From: Candidatus Doudnabacteria bacterium
GTDB lineage: Bacteria > Patescibacteriota > Doudnabacteria > UBA920
DNA: 51,429 nucleotides
Direction: 5' to 3'
Assembly: GCA_023245955.1 (NCBI GenBank)
Contig: JAHFJI010000002.1
Coordinates: forward strand, 1-51,429
Below, one piece after another: positions 37,603 through 44,962 of the stretch. A model generated the notes under the pieces. That model did no database searches. It saw nothing but the letters and a program-made list of their open reading frames with translations, and was not told the DNA's origin. Position 1 is the first letter of the stretch. The number at the start of each line of letters is the position of its first letter. The position numbers were made by a program, and so were the translations under genes.

Positions 37603-38892
37603 TTAAGTTTTTTCAAAGACAACTATTTCCCTCGCTACTATCTGATCTTTCCTGTCGTAAATTACAGTACCCCTTGGAGTAACTCTTAAAAAGGGCAAGG
37701 TTTTAGCGACTTTTTGATCTATCACACTTACAATATTATACCCATACACTCTCGCAAAGTCAAGAGTAGGGAACATGATATACTCGGTCAAACTCTTCTT
37801 ATAAGCCGGTATGGTTATGGCTATTTTGCTCTTAGGTTGCAGGAATTTATTAAAATCGTCAAAGCAGGTGGCGTACAAACTACCGAGGTTGGCAAAGTTT
37901 TGAGATATCTCACCAGGGGAGGGAAACTTATGAGAGTAGAGCGGACCAAGAGTACCCTCTGTAACTATACCCGTAACTTCAGTAATGGCCTTAATCTCTT
38001 TTAAGTGTTTTATAAAAGTACTAACATTTTTAGCATCACTTACTTCTATATGATATTTGCCCTTTGGTACTTTGTACCTGTTGCGAAACCATTCCAAGTT
38101 TTTTTCGCATCCTTGGATTGCAAATTTATCTATGTCTGTACCAACCATCTTGTAATCTAAAAGCGCACCTTCTTGCACTATAGTCCCTATACCACAAAAA
38201 GGATCTAGCAGGGTAGCGCCCCTTTGTACACCAATAAGATTAAGCATGGACTGAGCTACCTTTGGCGGCATCATGCCTCTTACATCATCCCTTACTGGCC
38301 TTTGATAATCTCTCCTGCCATAGTCTTCAAAATCCTGAACTGTAACGGTCTTGGCTACATACACTTTATTGGTAGCAGCGATAACGCAAATTTCGGCACC
38401 TTTGACGGTAAGTTGGTTATGTGTCACCACCACAGAGGCGAGAGCCAAAGAGTTAAATTCCGGTAAGACTAGCCGTATGCTACTGCCTGTATCTTGCATA
38501 GCACGCTTAATGAACATGCCAAGCCTTTTTGGCTCTCCAAAAATATTTTCAATATTATTAAGTAAATAGACACTAACGCCAAATTGTATCTTTCCGGTCG
38601 TGCTCTTTAGAAAGTTGGTCTTAATAACACTGGGCTTAAAGTAGTTTTTGAGAGCAAAGTTGACTGAATCCTGCTCGCGTTTTTTTACAACATCTACTAT
38701 TTTTAGTATCTTAATAATACCACCAAGTCGTCGTTGCAAGGCAGGCAGGTCCAGAGTAGTGGAGCAGTCAATTACAGCGACTTCGTGCGAAACGTCTAGG
38801 ATGTTAGCCTCTACGCCAAGTGACTGAAGCACCTGCAGTAACTCTGCTAGCGACAAAGTATAAACTCTGCCCAAAACAAAAGCATATGTCAT
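37603..38892 (-). CDS. SAM-dependent methyltransferase (UPF0020/Trm11-like RNA methylase)
   Basis: Motif I LLDPFCGIGTIVQEGAL. The start is ambiguous between 38931 and the ATG at 38892. Confidence 0.5.
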   Translation of the reverse strand: MTYAFVLGRVYTLSLAELLQVLQSLGVEANILDVSHEVAVIDCSTTLDLPALQRRLGGIIKILKIVDVVKKREQDSVNFALKNYFKPSVIKTNFLKSTTGKIQFGVSVYLLNNIENIFGEPKRLGMFIKRAMQDTGSSIRLVLPEFNSLALASVVVTHNQLTVKGAEICVIAATNKVYVAKTVTVQDFEDYGRRDYQRPVRDDVRGMMPPKVAQSMLNLIGVQRGATLLDPFCGIGTIVQEGALLDYKMVGTDIDKFAIQGCEKNLEWFRNRYKVPKGKYHIEVSDAKNVSTFIKHLKEIKAITEVTGIVTEGTLGPLYSHKFPSPGEISQNFANLGSLYATCFDDFNKFLQPKSKIAITIPAYKKSLTEYIMFPTLDFARVYGYNIVSVIDQKVAKTLPFLRVTPRGTVIYDRKDQIVAREIVVFEKT

Positions 38893-39323
38893 ATGAACAA
38901 ATAAAAATTTACCTAAGTGACCATAAGCCACAGGCCCAAGGCCTCTTAATACTTGTGGTAGTTTTCTTTATTGGAGTTGGCGTAGGAAAAATATCTAACC
39001 CGCCAAGCCCTAAAGCGACTAAGAACTATCCTGAGTATAACACGAACAGTCCAGCTAAGACTAACAAAGCAGAAGTACCCAAAGAAGCCGTCCTAGATGC
39101 AGCTACAGCTACGCCCGCGCCCGCAATGACTCCAGAAGCCACACTAAGCAAAACTACACCCTCAAAGGCAAATGCTAATTGTATAGTGAAAGGTAATGTG
39201 TCTTCCAAAGACAAAATCTACCATGTAAAGGGTGGTGCGTTCTATGACAGAGTCACACCTGAGATGTGTTTTATAACCGAAGCAGAAGCCAAAGCCGCTG
39301 GCTTTAGGAAGTCTAGCCGTTAA
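38886..39323 (+). CDS. membrane-anchored protein with a small C-terminal Cys-containing domain
   Basis: ATG at 38886 gives MSYEQIKIYL. One TM segment, a Pro/Ala/Thr-rich linker, then CIVKGNVSSKDKIYHVKGGAFYDRVTPEMCFITEAEAKAAGFRKS. This resembles what I recall as the 'sunset' domain pattern, which I have not verified. Confidence 0.5.
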   Translation: MSYEQIKIYLSDHKPQAQGLLILVVVFFIGVGVGKISNPPSPKATKNYPEYNTNSPAKTNKAEVPKEAVLDAATATPAPAMTPEATLSKTTPSKANANCIVKGNVSSKDKIYHVKGGAFYDRVTPEMCFITEAEAKAAGFRKSSR

Positions 39324-39364
39324 GAGAGTAACTAATGTTAGCTAATCGGGGAGACTCAAACTAT

Positions 39365-39406
39365 GGGTCCTATATGTCATATAGGACCCATAAGTCTTAT
39401 AAGACT
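39365..39406. repeat. TATAAG-word hairpins (terminator-like) after the 38886 gene
   Basis: gggtcctata-tgtca-tataggaccc followed by the palindrome agtcttataagact. Related words occur at 2490-2518, 22315-22340 and 45201-45220. Confidence 0.7.
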
Positions 39407-39510
39407 CAACGTCCATGCCTCCAACTTTGAAAAAGAGAATTTGCAAATAAATACTAAACACTTTAATACTAAAACATGATAGGGGGTAGCGATATTTTAG
39501 TATATGTTAC

Positions 39511-39538
39511 GCGTCTGACAATGTATGGTCAATGACGA
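39511..39538. other. degenerate dif-like site at the left prophage junction
   Basis: gcgtctgacaa-TGTATG-gtcaatgacga. The central hexamer and the preceding ACAA are identical to the site at 44963-44990. Confidence 0.45.
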
Positions 39539-39588
39539 CTGTGGATAAGTGTGCGTCGTACAATATTGACGAAGTTAAAAAAAGCCGG

Positions 39589-39753
39589 CTATTTGCCAGA
39601 CTCTTTATTTTGTCGTGTATTTTTTTCTATTTTTTCTAATAAGAATACAGCTTTTATAAAGAAAATAATCAGTATAATAATTAAGAGACAGGGGACATAA
39701 AACCAATAATTAAACAACAATAAATTTTCATGTGCCCTAATTAATAATTCCAT
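39589..39753 (-). CDS. phage-element 54-aa single-TM protein
   Basis: Translated by hand as MELLIRAHENLLLFNYWFYVPCLLIIILIIFFIKAVFLLEKIEKNTRQNKESGK. Its ATG lies 1 nt after the stop of the upstream ORF. Confidence 0.45.
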   Translation of the reverse strand: MELLIRAHENLLLFNYWFYVPCLLIIILIIFFIKAVFLLEKIEKNTRQNKESGK

Positions 39754-39754
39754 A

Positions 39755-40012
39755 TTATTCTACCTTTCCGCCTAACTTTTGAATTAGTGCGTTTTTAATT
39801 CTCTGTATAATTGGTTTGTTTGGGTAACGTATTGCGTAACCCCATGCTTGTAGTATATCCATTACGTCTGACATTGCAAGTACAACTGATTCTTCGCAAC
39901 CACAATTACAATAACCAATTTTATAGCCCATACATCCAGTTTGAGTATCCCAGTCTAAAGACGTAAAAGAAAGCCTCTTTGCACCTTTTGGGTGTGATGT
40001 TGTCATTAACAT
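39755..40012 (-). CDS. phage-element hypothetical protein (Cys-rich CNCGCEES)
   Basis: 85-aa ORF co-directional with and downstream of Rep. No recognised motif. Confidence 0.45.
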   Translation of the reverse strand: MLMTTSHPKGAKRLSFTSLDWDTQTGCMGYKIGYCNCGCEESVVLAMSDVMDILQAWGYAIRYPNKPIIQRIKNALIQKLGGKVE

Positions 40013-40069
40013 ATAAGTACGTTAGGAATAAGAAACCTCAAGGATTTTAATTTTGATAATTCTTTATAT

Positions 40070-40870
40070 TTATATTATTAGCCCATCTGGTAATTTAAAT
40101 CTTGTATATAATATTTTTTCACCTTTGTATGTTTTATACTCCATTTCAGACTTTTCAATATCCGCGGGGAGCGTGTCTAACAATTTTAATATTGCTGACC
40201 TTTGATATATTTCTTTTGGCTGGTACAAACCCTTACTACTAAAAAAGTATTTTTTGTTATCAAGCCGTTTATCACGATCACTTTTAGTTAGATATTTTGC
40301 TATATAATTTGCAAGGTGCTGTAAGTTATTAACGCCGTTGACTTTTGAAAAACCATAACTCCAAATGTCTCTAAAAAACTTTTGTACGTCTCCGGTTATA
40401 AAAGGAAGATTAAAGAATACCGTGTGATAATGAACCGAGCCACCATTGGGTTTTATATTTCCATGAAAGTCTACGTCTTTCTGAAATTCAACAATTGTTA
40501 TGTATTTGAGTGTTGCTTTTTTACTTCCTGTTAATTGGTAGTTAAGACGTTTTAGAAACGCTGTAAATAGGGGATTGGCTGATTTTGGGTCTGGCATACT
40601 ATCCTTAAAAGTAAACGTGGCAAAAATTGGCTGATACGCTCGACCCCGTGCGTCCCTGTACTTATAGGCATTAGCATATACAAGTTGCCGTATACGTCTT
40701 TTAGTACGGAAATTTGATATATTTCTAGAACTGTCTTTAGTCTCGCTATTTTTTCTACCGTAACAGTTGGTTTGAGTAATATTTTTTGATATTCCATATT
40801 CTATAGCATGTTGATACTGCTTTACCTCTAAGACTGGCCCAGCTAGAGTAGCCTTAATCTTGGTAAACAT
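40070..40870 (-). CDS. rolling-circle replication initiator (HUH endonuclease, two-tyrosine type)
   Basis: Motif 1 FATFTF, HUH motif VHYHTVFF and motif 3 NYIAKYLTK (Y-x-x-K-Y, as I recall for phiX174 gpA YVAKYVNK). Confidence 0.7.
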   Translation of the reverse strand: MFTKIKATLAGPVLEVKQYQHAIEYGISKNITQTNCYGRKNSETKDSSRNISNFRTKRRIRQLVYANAYKYRDARGRAYQPIFATFTFKDSMPDPKSANPLFTAFLKRLNYQLTGSKKATLKYITIVEFQKDVDFHGNIKPNGGSVHYHTVFFNLPFITGDVQKFFRDIWSYGFSKVNGVNNLQHLANYIAKYLTKSDRDKRLDNKKYFFSSKGLYQPKEIYQRSAILKLLDTLPADIEKSEMEYKTYKGEKILYTRFKLPDGLII

Positions 40871-40933
40871 ATCTTTTGTTTTCTACGAAAATAAGATTTT
40901 CGTATTATGTGTTATATATATCAAGTATAACTA

Positions 40934-40987
40934 GCGCCCCAGCGGTCGGACGGCGGGCGCGCATGGCGCGCCTCGCCGGTCCGCCCA
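40934..40987. other. isolated GC-rich hairpin in the phage intergenic spacer (candidate origin or packaging signal)
   Basis: gcgccccagcggtcggacggcgggcgcgc-atg-gcgcgcctcgccggtccgcccac. The imperfect stem of about 17 bp spans 40947-40983. An adjacent AT hairpin, tacgaaaat-aag-attttcgta, lies just upstream within 40881-40905. Confidence 0.5.
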
Positions 40988-41242
40988 CTATGACGCTCCC
41001 TTATACAAGGTTATCTTAGGATTTTCGCCAAAGGGGTCTATTTCCACCTCTACAGGAATTAATTTACCTTTGGCTAAGTCTGATAGCATTGCGCCCTTAT
41101 ACCCTAGAGTGGTCATTTCATCGGCACTAGTAAAGAAATCCTTTGTCTGACCTTTTGCTGTAAGCAAGCGAACAAGCGAAAAAGTATTACCTTTTTTACT
41201 GGTCTTTTGTTCTACCGATACAATATTCACGTTATAACTCAT
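40988..41242 (-). CDS. candidate ssDNA-binding protein (gV-like by size and position only)
   Basis: 84 aa. It overlaps the Zot-like gene stop by ATGA and sits between the assembly ATPase and Rep. No motif-level support. Confidence 0.35.
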   Translation of the reverse strand: MSYNVNIVSVEQKTSKKGNTFSLVRLLTAKGQTKDFFTSADEMTTLGYKGAMLSDLAKGKLIPVEVEIDPFGENPKITLYKGAS

Positions 41243-41943
41243 TTTTTATCACCCCCTTTCAATGCCTTAATAGGCTGTGCTGATACCTCACTGTAATATT
41301 TTTTAACTGACCACATGGGCTTACCTTTGTATTCTTTAAACTGGTCAAATAATGCGAATGTGTTATAACTCTTGGCTAATTTTTTACTAAACAAATAGAC
41401 TCCATAACCCATAGACTTTGGTGCTGGTATAGCTGGATTCATAAGTATTTCTATCGCCTCACCATCCCACTCTTTCCAGTAAAATATTTTACTAAACTTT
41501 TTATGAACAATTATAGAATTTGCTAACCTACGCACAGCAATATCTATTTGACCCTGATGTTGTGTAATAAAATGCAAATTAAGTCCATATTTACGAGACT
41601 GTGTAAGCTTTGTTTTAAAACTTTTAGGAAGTTTGGCAAAATCTCTAGCATCTACCGCCATGTGAGCCTCATCAAAATATACCTCGCCATTTCGGAGAGA
41701 ATAAAGGTCATCTAAGGTTTCCCAATAATACACATTGCCAAACTTACGATTTGCAAAAGTAAATTTTATCCATAAACCCCAGAGCAAGCCACGCCAGTTT
41801 GTTGTTCTATGACTCCAATAACTATCAAAATCTATTTTCCAATTAACATAACAATCTTTGCCACGTACAATTTGTTTCCAGACATCACGTGTTGCCCAAT
41901 AAGATTTACCAACTCCTAATTTACCAGTGTGTATTGTTATCAT
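41239..41943 (-). CDS. Zot/pI-like phage assembly ATPase (no TM segment)
   Basis: N-terminal Walker A HTGKLGVGKS, Walker B GEVYFDEAH and 234 aa in length. This N-terminal P-loop layout is typical of the Zot family. Confidence 0.7.
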   Translation of the reverse strand: MITIHTGKLGVGKSYWATRDVWKQIVRGKDCYVNWKIDFDSYWSHRTTNWRGLLWGLWIKFTFANRKFGNVYYWETLDDLYSLRNGEVYFDEAHMAVDARDFAKLPKSFKTKLTQSRKYGLNLHFITQHQGQIDIAVRRLANSIIVHKKFSKIFYWKEWDGEAIEILMNPAIPAPKSMGYGVYLFSKKLAKSYNTFALFDQFKEYKGKPMWSVKKYYSEVSAQPIKALKGGDKK

Positions 41944-41945
41944 AT

Positions 41946-42203
41946 TTAACCAGAACCTCTAAATTTATTTATAACCCAATTCGCTATTTTAAAAGCTAAG
42001 ATTCCTGATTCTAAAGTAAGTATTAAGCCTAATATAGTTATCATTGTATCAACCGGCAATATTGCATTTGCTTTTTGAAAATATTGACCAAGCAAAGTAA
42101 AAGCATCATTTATTCCACTTGGCAAAGACGACGGACTTGGAAACAAATCTATAAGTAAATCTATTAAAGCCCTTATTAATTCAATTATTCCTGTAAGTAA
42201 CAT
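41946..42203 (-). CDS. gVI-like small membrane protein
   Basis: 85 aa with two or three hydrophobic segments. It lies between the gIII-like and pI-like genes, as in Ff phages. Confidence 0.45.
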   Translation of the reverse strand: MLLTGIIELIRALIDLLIDLFPSPSSLPSGINDAFTLLGQYFQKANAILPVDTMITILGLILTLESGILAFKIANWVINKFRGSG

Positions 42204-42204
42204 A

Positions 42205-43266
42205 TTAAACAGCTCTAAAGAGTTTAAAGCTCCTTGTTAATAAATAATAACCAAAACCTAACCATAAAAATGCATTAATATATGGTCGTACTGTGTCAAA
42301 AGGAACTATATCATCACTATAAGGGTCAGTATTAAAACCCTGTATCGGTAATTCAAAATAACCCGTTGGCCCATTTATATTTACTACTGCATCTATTAAA
42401 TAACCTGTATCAGAACTAGTATCTAAATCACCAAAAGCATCCTCTAAAGAATAAAAATATGAAAACGGTGCTTTATCATGAGCATGAGTAATTATTGTAT
42501 CTATAGAATTTGTAATATATGTAGAGAGACCCCCATTTGGTATAAACAAATACTGAAATATTTCACACAGATAACGTGTCGCACTACTAGCCGAAGTACA
42601 ACCTTGAGTACCAAATCCACCAGGAGAGGGGAATGAGGGATCTGACACTACACCACCAAGTCGTATTGCAAAATAACTATTCGAGGGTTGATTCCATGTG
42701 CCTGTTGTAAATTTTCCAAAAGAAGAAACATTAGCAAAATTTAAAACTGAAACTGTAGTCGATGTACTAGGTACTTTTTGGGTATTTATATAATAATTGC
42801 TATCCGAAACTGAACCTGTACGATACATTATTATCCAATAAACTGCATTACCAACTAATATAGGACAATTTTGAAAATTAAAGGTATAAGACACCAAGCT
42901 AGTTGTTAGTGTAGAACCTAGTATTTCTTGAGATTCTGAAAATAAACCGTATCCGTCACTTGGGTCCGTATCTGTTAAACTTCCTAACTGAACTTTGACT
43001 TTTAGTCCATCAGTAGGGGAACCCTGTTTTTTTAAATCAATATGAGCATTACACAACTCATGAGAGTCTGGTGCTATATACTTCCAAGCTATTCCATTTC
43101 CATACTGTGAGGTACTTTGACCAAATGAAGAAATACTATCACCAGAAGTCGGGTTAAGCGTTATATAAGCTATGTCATCATCGGGCGTATCTGCTAATGC
43201 AAAATTAGGCGCTATAAAAACTAGTGCAACTAATAATGAAAATATTGTGATAATAGTTTTTTTCAT
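42205..43266 (-). CDS. gIII-architecture minor coat/adsorption protein candidate
   Basis: Signal peptide MKKTIITIFSLLVALVFIAPNFALA and C-terminal anchor INAFLWLGFGYYLLTRSFKLFRAV. I prefer the ATG at 43266 to the GTG at 43275. Confidence 0.55.
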   Translation of the reverse strand: MKKTIITIFSLLVALVFIAPNFALADTPDDDIAYITLNPTSGDSISSFGQSTSQYGNGIAWKYIAPDSHELCNAHIDLKKQGSPTDGLKVKVQLGSLTDTDPSDGYGLFSESQEILGSTLTTSLVSYTFNFQNCPILVGNAVYWIIMYRTGSVSDSNYYINTQKVPSTSTTVSVLNFANVSSFGKFTTGTWNQPSNSYFAIRLGGVVSDPSFPSPGGFGTQGCTSASSATRYLCEIFQYLFIPNGGLSTYITNSIDTIITHAHDKAPFSYFYSLEDAFGDLDTSSDTGYLIDAVVNINGPTGYFELPIQGFNTDPYSDDIVPFDTVRPYINAFLWLGFGYYLLTRSFKLFRAV

Positions 43267-43364
43267 ATTGACCACGAGCTATAATTGCTCCGCTACGCCC
43301 GAGGGCGTAAAGACTTCCTATAAGTGAAAAGAGGGGATAGTGCTTTCTACCCCCTCTTGCAGGA

Positions 43365-43628
43365 TTAGTGCGCAGAGCGCTTTATCCAGCGAAGTGCCAA
43401 TTTTGCTCCAAGGAACACTACCGTAATAGTGACCACGTAAGGCAAAATTGCTTGCAACATTGCAACAGCATTAGTTTGGAAACTAGTTCCAACCGTGTCA
43501 GCAATGTCTGCTAAGTCTTCCGCTGTAGTTGCGTGAGCGGAAAGAGCAACAATGCTCACACCAACAGCACCAGCTACACCGGCTAACTTTGCACCATACC
43601 TTTGAGCGAGTTCTTTAAACTTGTTCAT
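43365..43628 (-). CDS. pVIII-like major coat protein
   Basis: 87 aa. The leader ends ..ALSAHA. The mature part has an acidic N-terminus (TTAEDLADIAD), a hydrophobic core (AILPYVVTITVVFLGA) and a basic C-terminus (KLALRWIKRSAH). Confidence 0.7.
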   Translation of the reverse strand: MNKFKELAQRYGAKLAGVAGAVGVSIVALSAHATTAEDLADIADTVGTSFQTNAVAMLQAILPYVVTITVVFLGAKLALRWIKRSAH

Positions 43629-43632
43629 ATAG

Positions 43633-43773
43633 TTATGACTTTCTATTAATAGTAAATATTACTAAGCCGACCACAAAGCCCAGTAGCAAACCTATTCCCA
43701 TTGACGCGAAAATGGTTTCAATCAGGAGAGACCAATTTCCCACATAGCAAAGTTGTATTGTTTCTGGACACAT
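43633..43773 (-). CDS. gVII/gIX-like hydrophobic micro-protein (46 aa)
   Basis: Translated by hand as MCPETIQLCYVGNWSLLIETIFASMGIGLLLGFVVGLVIFTINRKS. Its stop lies 4 nt before the coat gene ATG. Confidence 0.45.
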   Translation of the reverse strand: MCPETIQLCYVGNWSLLIETIFASMGIGLLLGFVVGLVIFTINRKS

Positions 43774-43778
43774 AGTAA

Positions 43779-43883
43779 TTAATGAAATTGATTAACTATC
43801 CACTTAATACCAGCACCAATTAACACGCAAATTAGTGTAGTAATAGTAAAACTAGTAAATAGTGTAAATAAAGCTGTTTCCAT
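43779..43883 (-). CDS. gVII/gIX-like hydrophobic micro-protein (34 aa)
   Basis: METALFTLFTSFTITTLICVLIGAGIKWIVNQFH. Its ATG overlaps the stop of the 306-aa gene as TAATG. The ORF-track 68-aa frame was trimmed to this start. Confidence 0.45.
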   Translation of the reverse strand: METALFTLFTSFTITTLICVLIGAGIKWIVNQFH

Positions 43884-44803
43884 TATCGTCGTACTAATGA
43901 TTTTCCTATGGAGTAAGCAGAAAGAAATAACAGGGTGCTTACGGCAAATACTAATATTTGATAAAAAGTGTTTATAAAATCCCAACCATAATCTGTAATG
44001 TTGTAGTTATAATTGTCTCCGTCTTTGACGGCTGTAAGTATCGGGCTGTCAGGGGGTGGAGGAGGGGGAGGCGAACCTGCTACAGTGAACTGGTCAATCC
44101 CAAAATATTGTAATTGGGTAAAGTCATCTGCTGTTCTATGAAAAGTAAGTACAAGAGTGTCATAACTACCCGAGTCAAAGCCTGTAAAATCTGTAATAGC
44201 AAAGTTATTTACACCGTCTTGCAAGTTATAATTATGACAAGCTGAACTGACACACACATCTACCGTGTCATATCCATAACCTGTAAGATATGGCAAATCT
44301 GGTATCTCAAAAGAAACAGACTCATACGGTTCACTATAAGAACTTGTTAAATTATTAACAATAAAATCTTGTACAGTAAACTCATCGCTAAAATATTGCA
44401 AGCCAGCACAGTTACCACCATCATCTGAATAACTTGTTAAAAACCTATATGTCTTACCGTCACCATCACCATAACCATCATTGCCAACAAAGTTATCTAT
44501 AGTGTTGATATCCGAGTAATTATATGAGCCTGATTCAGAATCATTAAGAACAGTAAAAATAGCATTATCTGTAACGTTTAATATTTCTCTTGTACTTTGA
44601 ACAGTACCACCACCAGAACAAGCACCATGAGTGCCATCTTCATCAAAAGAAATTGTGAGAGGCTGTATTTCATTAATTTGACCGTCTGTCCAGCCTCCAT
44701 TAGGTGAGAAACTAACATTTGAAAGCTCTGCACGGGCAAAACGCAAGGGGAGTGCCAATGACACAAATGCTAAAGCTATAATTATAATTTTACTCTTAGT
44801 CAT
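43883..44803 (-). CDS. second secreted, C-terminally anchored virion or adsorption protein candidate
   Basis: Signal peptide MTKSKIIIIALAFVSLALPLRFARA, an acidic Asp/Gly/Tyr-rich body, a PPPPPPPP linker and the C-terminal TM segment ILVFAVSTLLFLSAYSIG followed by KSLVRR. Confidence 0.5.
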   Translation of the reverse strand: MTKSKIIIIALAFVSLALPLRFARAELSNVSFSPNGGWTDGQINEIQPLTISFDEDGTHGACSGGGTVQSTREILNVTDNAIFTVLNDSESGSYNYSDINTIDNFVGNDGYGDGDGKTYRFLTSYSDDGGNCAGLQYFSDEFTVQDFIVNNLTSSYSEPYESVSFEIPDLPYLTGYGYDTVDVCVSSACHNYNLQDGVNNFAITDFTGFDSGSYDTLVLTFHRTADDFTQLQYFGIDQFTVAGSPPPPPPPDSPILTAVKDGDNYNYNITDYGWDFINTFYQILVFAVSTLLFLSAYSIGKSLVRR

Positions 44804-44898
44804 TGTTATTTTTTACTTTTGCCCCATGACGTAGAGCGATAAAGGCTCGAGCAAATATCGAGTTACTTAACCACACCATGAGGCAGTAATAAAAAAGA

Positions 44899-44951
44899 GC
44901 TTAGCCACTTAAGGCCAAACCCTAGGGGGAATGGTATTTAAGTAACTAAGC
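44899..44951. other. hairpin in the phage non-coding region next to the att site
   Basis: gcttagccacttaa (44899-44912) pairs with ttaagtaactaagc (44938-44951) at 12 of 14 positions. Confidence 0.5.
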
Positions 44952-44962
44952 CCATACTAGCA

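Noticed and set aside
39324-39510. A tRNA or tmRNA gene as the prophage attachment site, and an integrase gene (also checked in 44991-45330)
   Set aside because: I could not find a cloverleaf-compatible sequence or a T-loop GTTCRA motif in either flank. None of the element's ORFs has integrase or transposase features.
39518-39527. Treating the 10-bp direct repeat ACAATGTATG alone as proof of the att sites
   Set aside because: A 10-bp match between two AT-rich flanks of about 500 bp has an appreciable chance probability, which I estimate at roughly 0.2. The att/dif proposal is therefore kept only as a hypothesis that rests on the 11-6-11 palindromic geometry and the boundary position.
40552-40797. 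81-aa same-strand, out-of-frame ORF inside the Rep gene (possible overprinted gene, as in small ssDNA phages)
   Set aside because: No RBS, motif or comparative evidence is available from this window. It would need conservation analysis in related elements and cannot be supported here.
43779-43985. 68-aa ORF from the track
   Set aside because: Its first 34 codons overlap the C-terminus of the 306-aa gene in another frame. The internal ATG at 43883 has a TAATG coupling, so the call was trimmed to a 34-aa product.
44578-44766. 62-aa alternative-frame ORF inside the 306-aa phage gene
   Set aside because: This is the same situation as the ORF inside Rep. Nothing supports it beyond being open.
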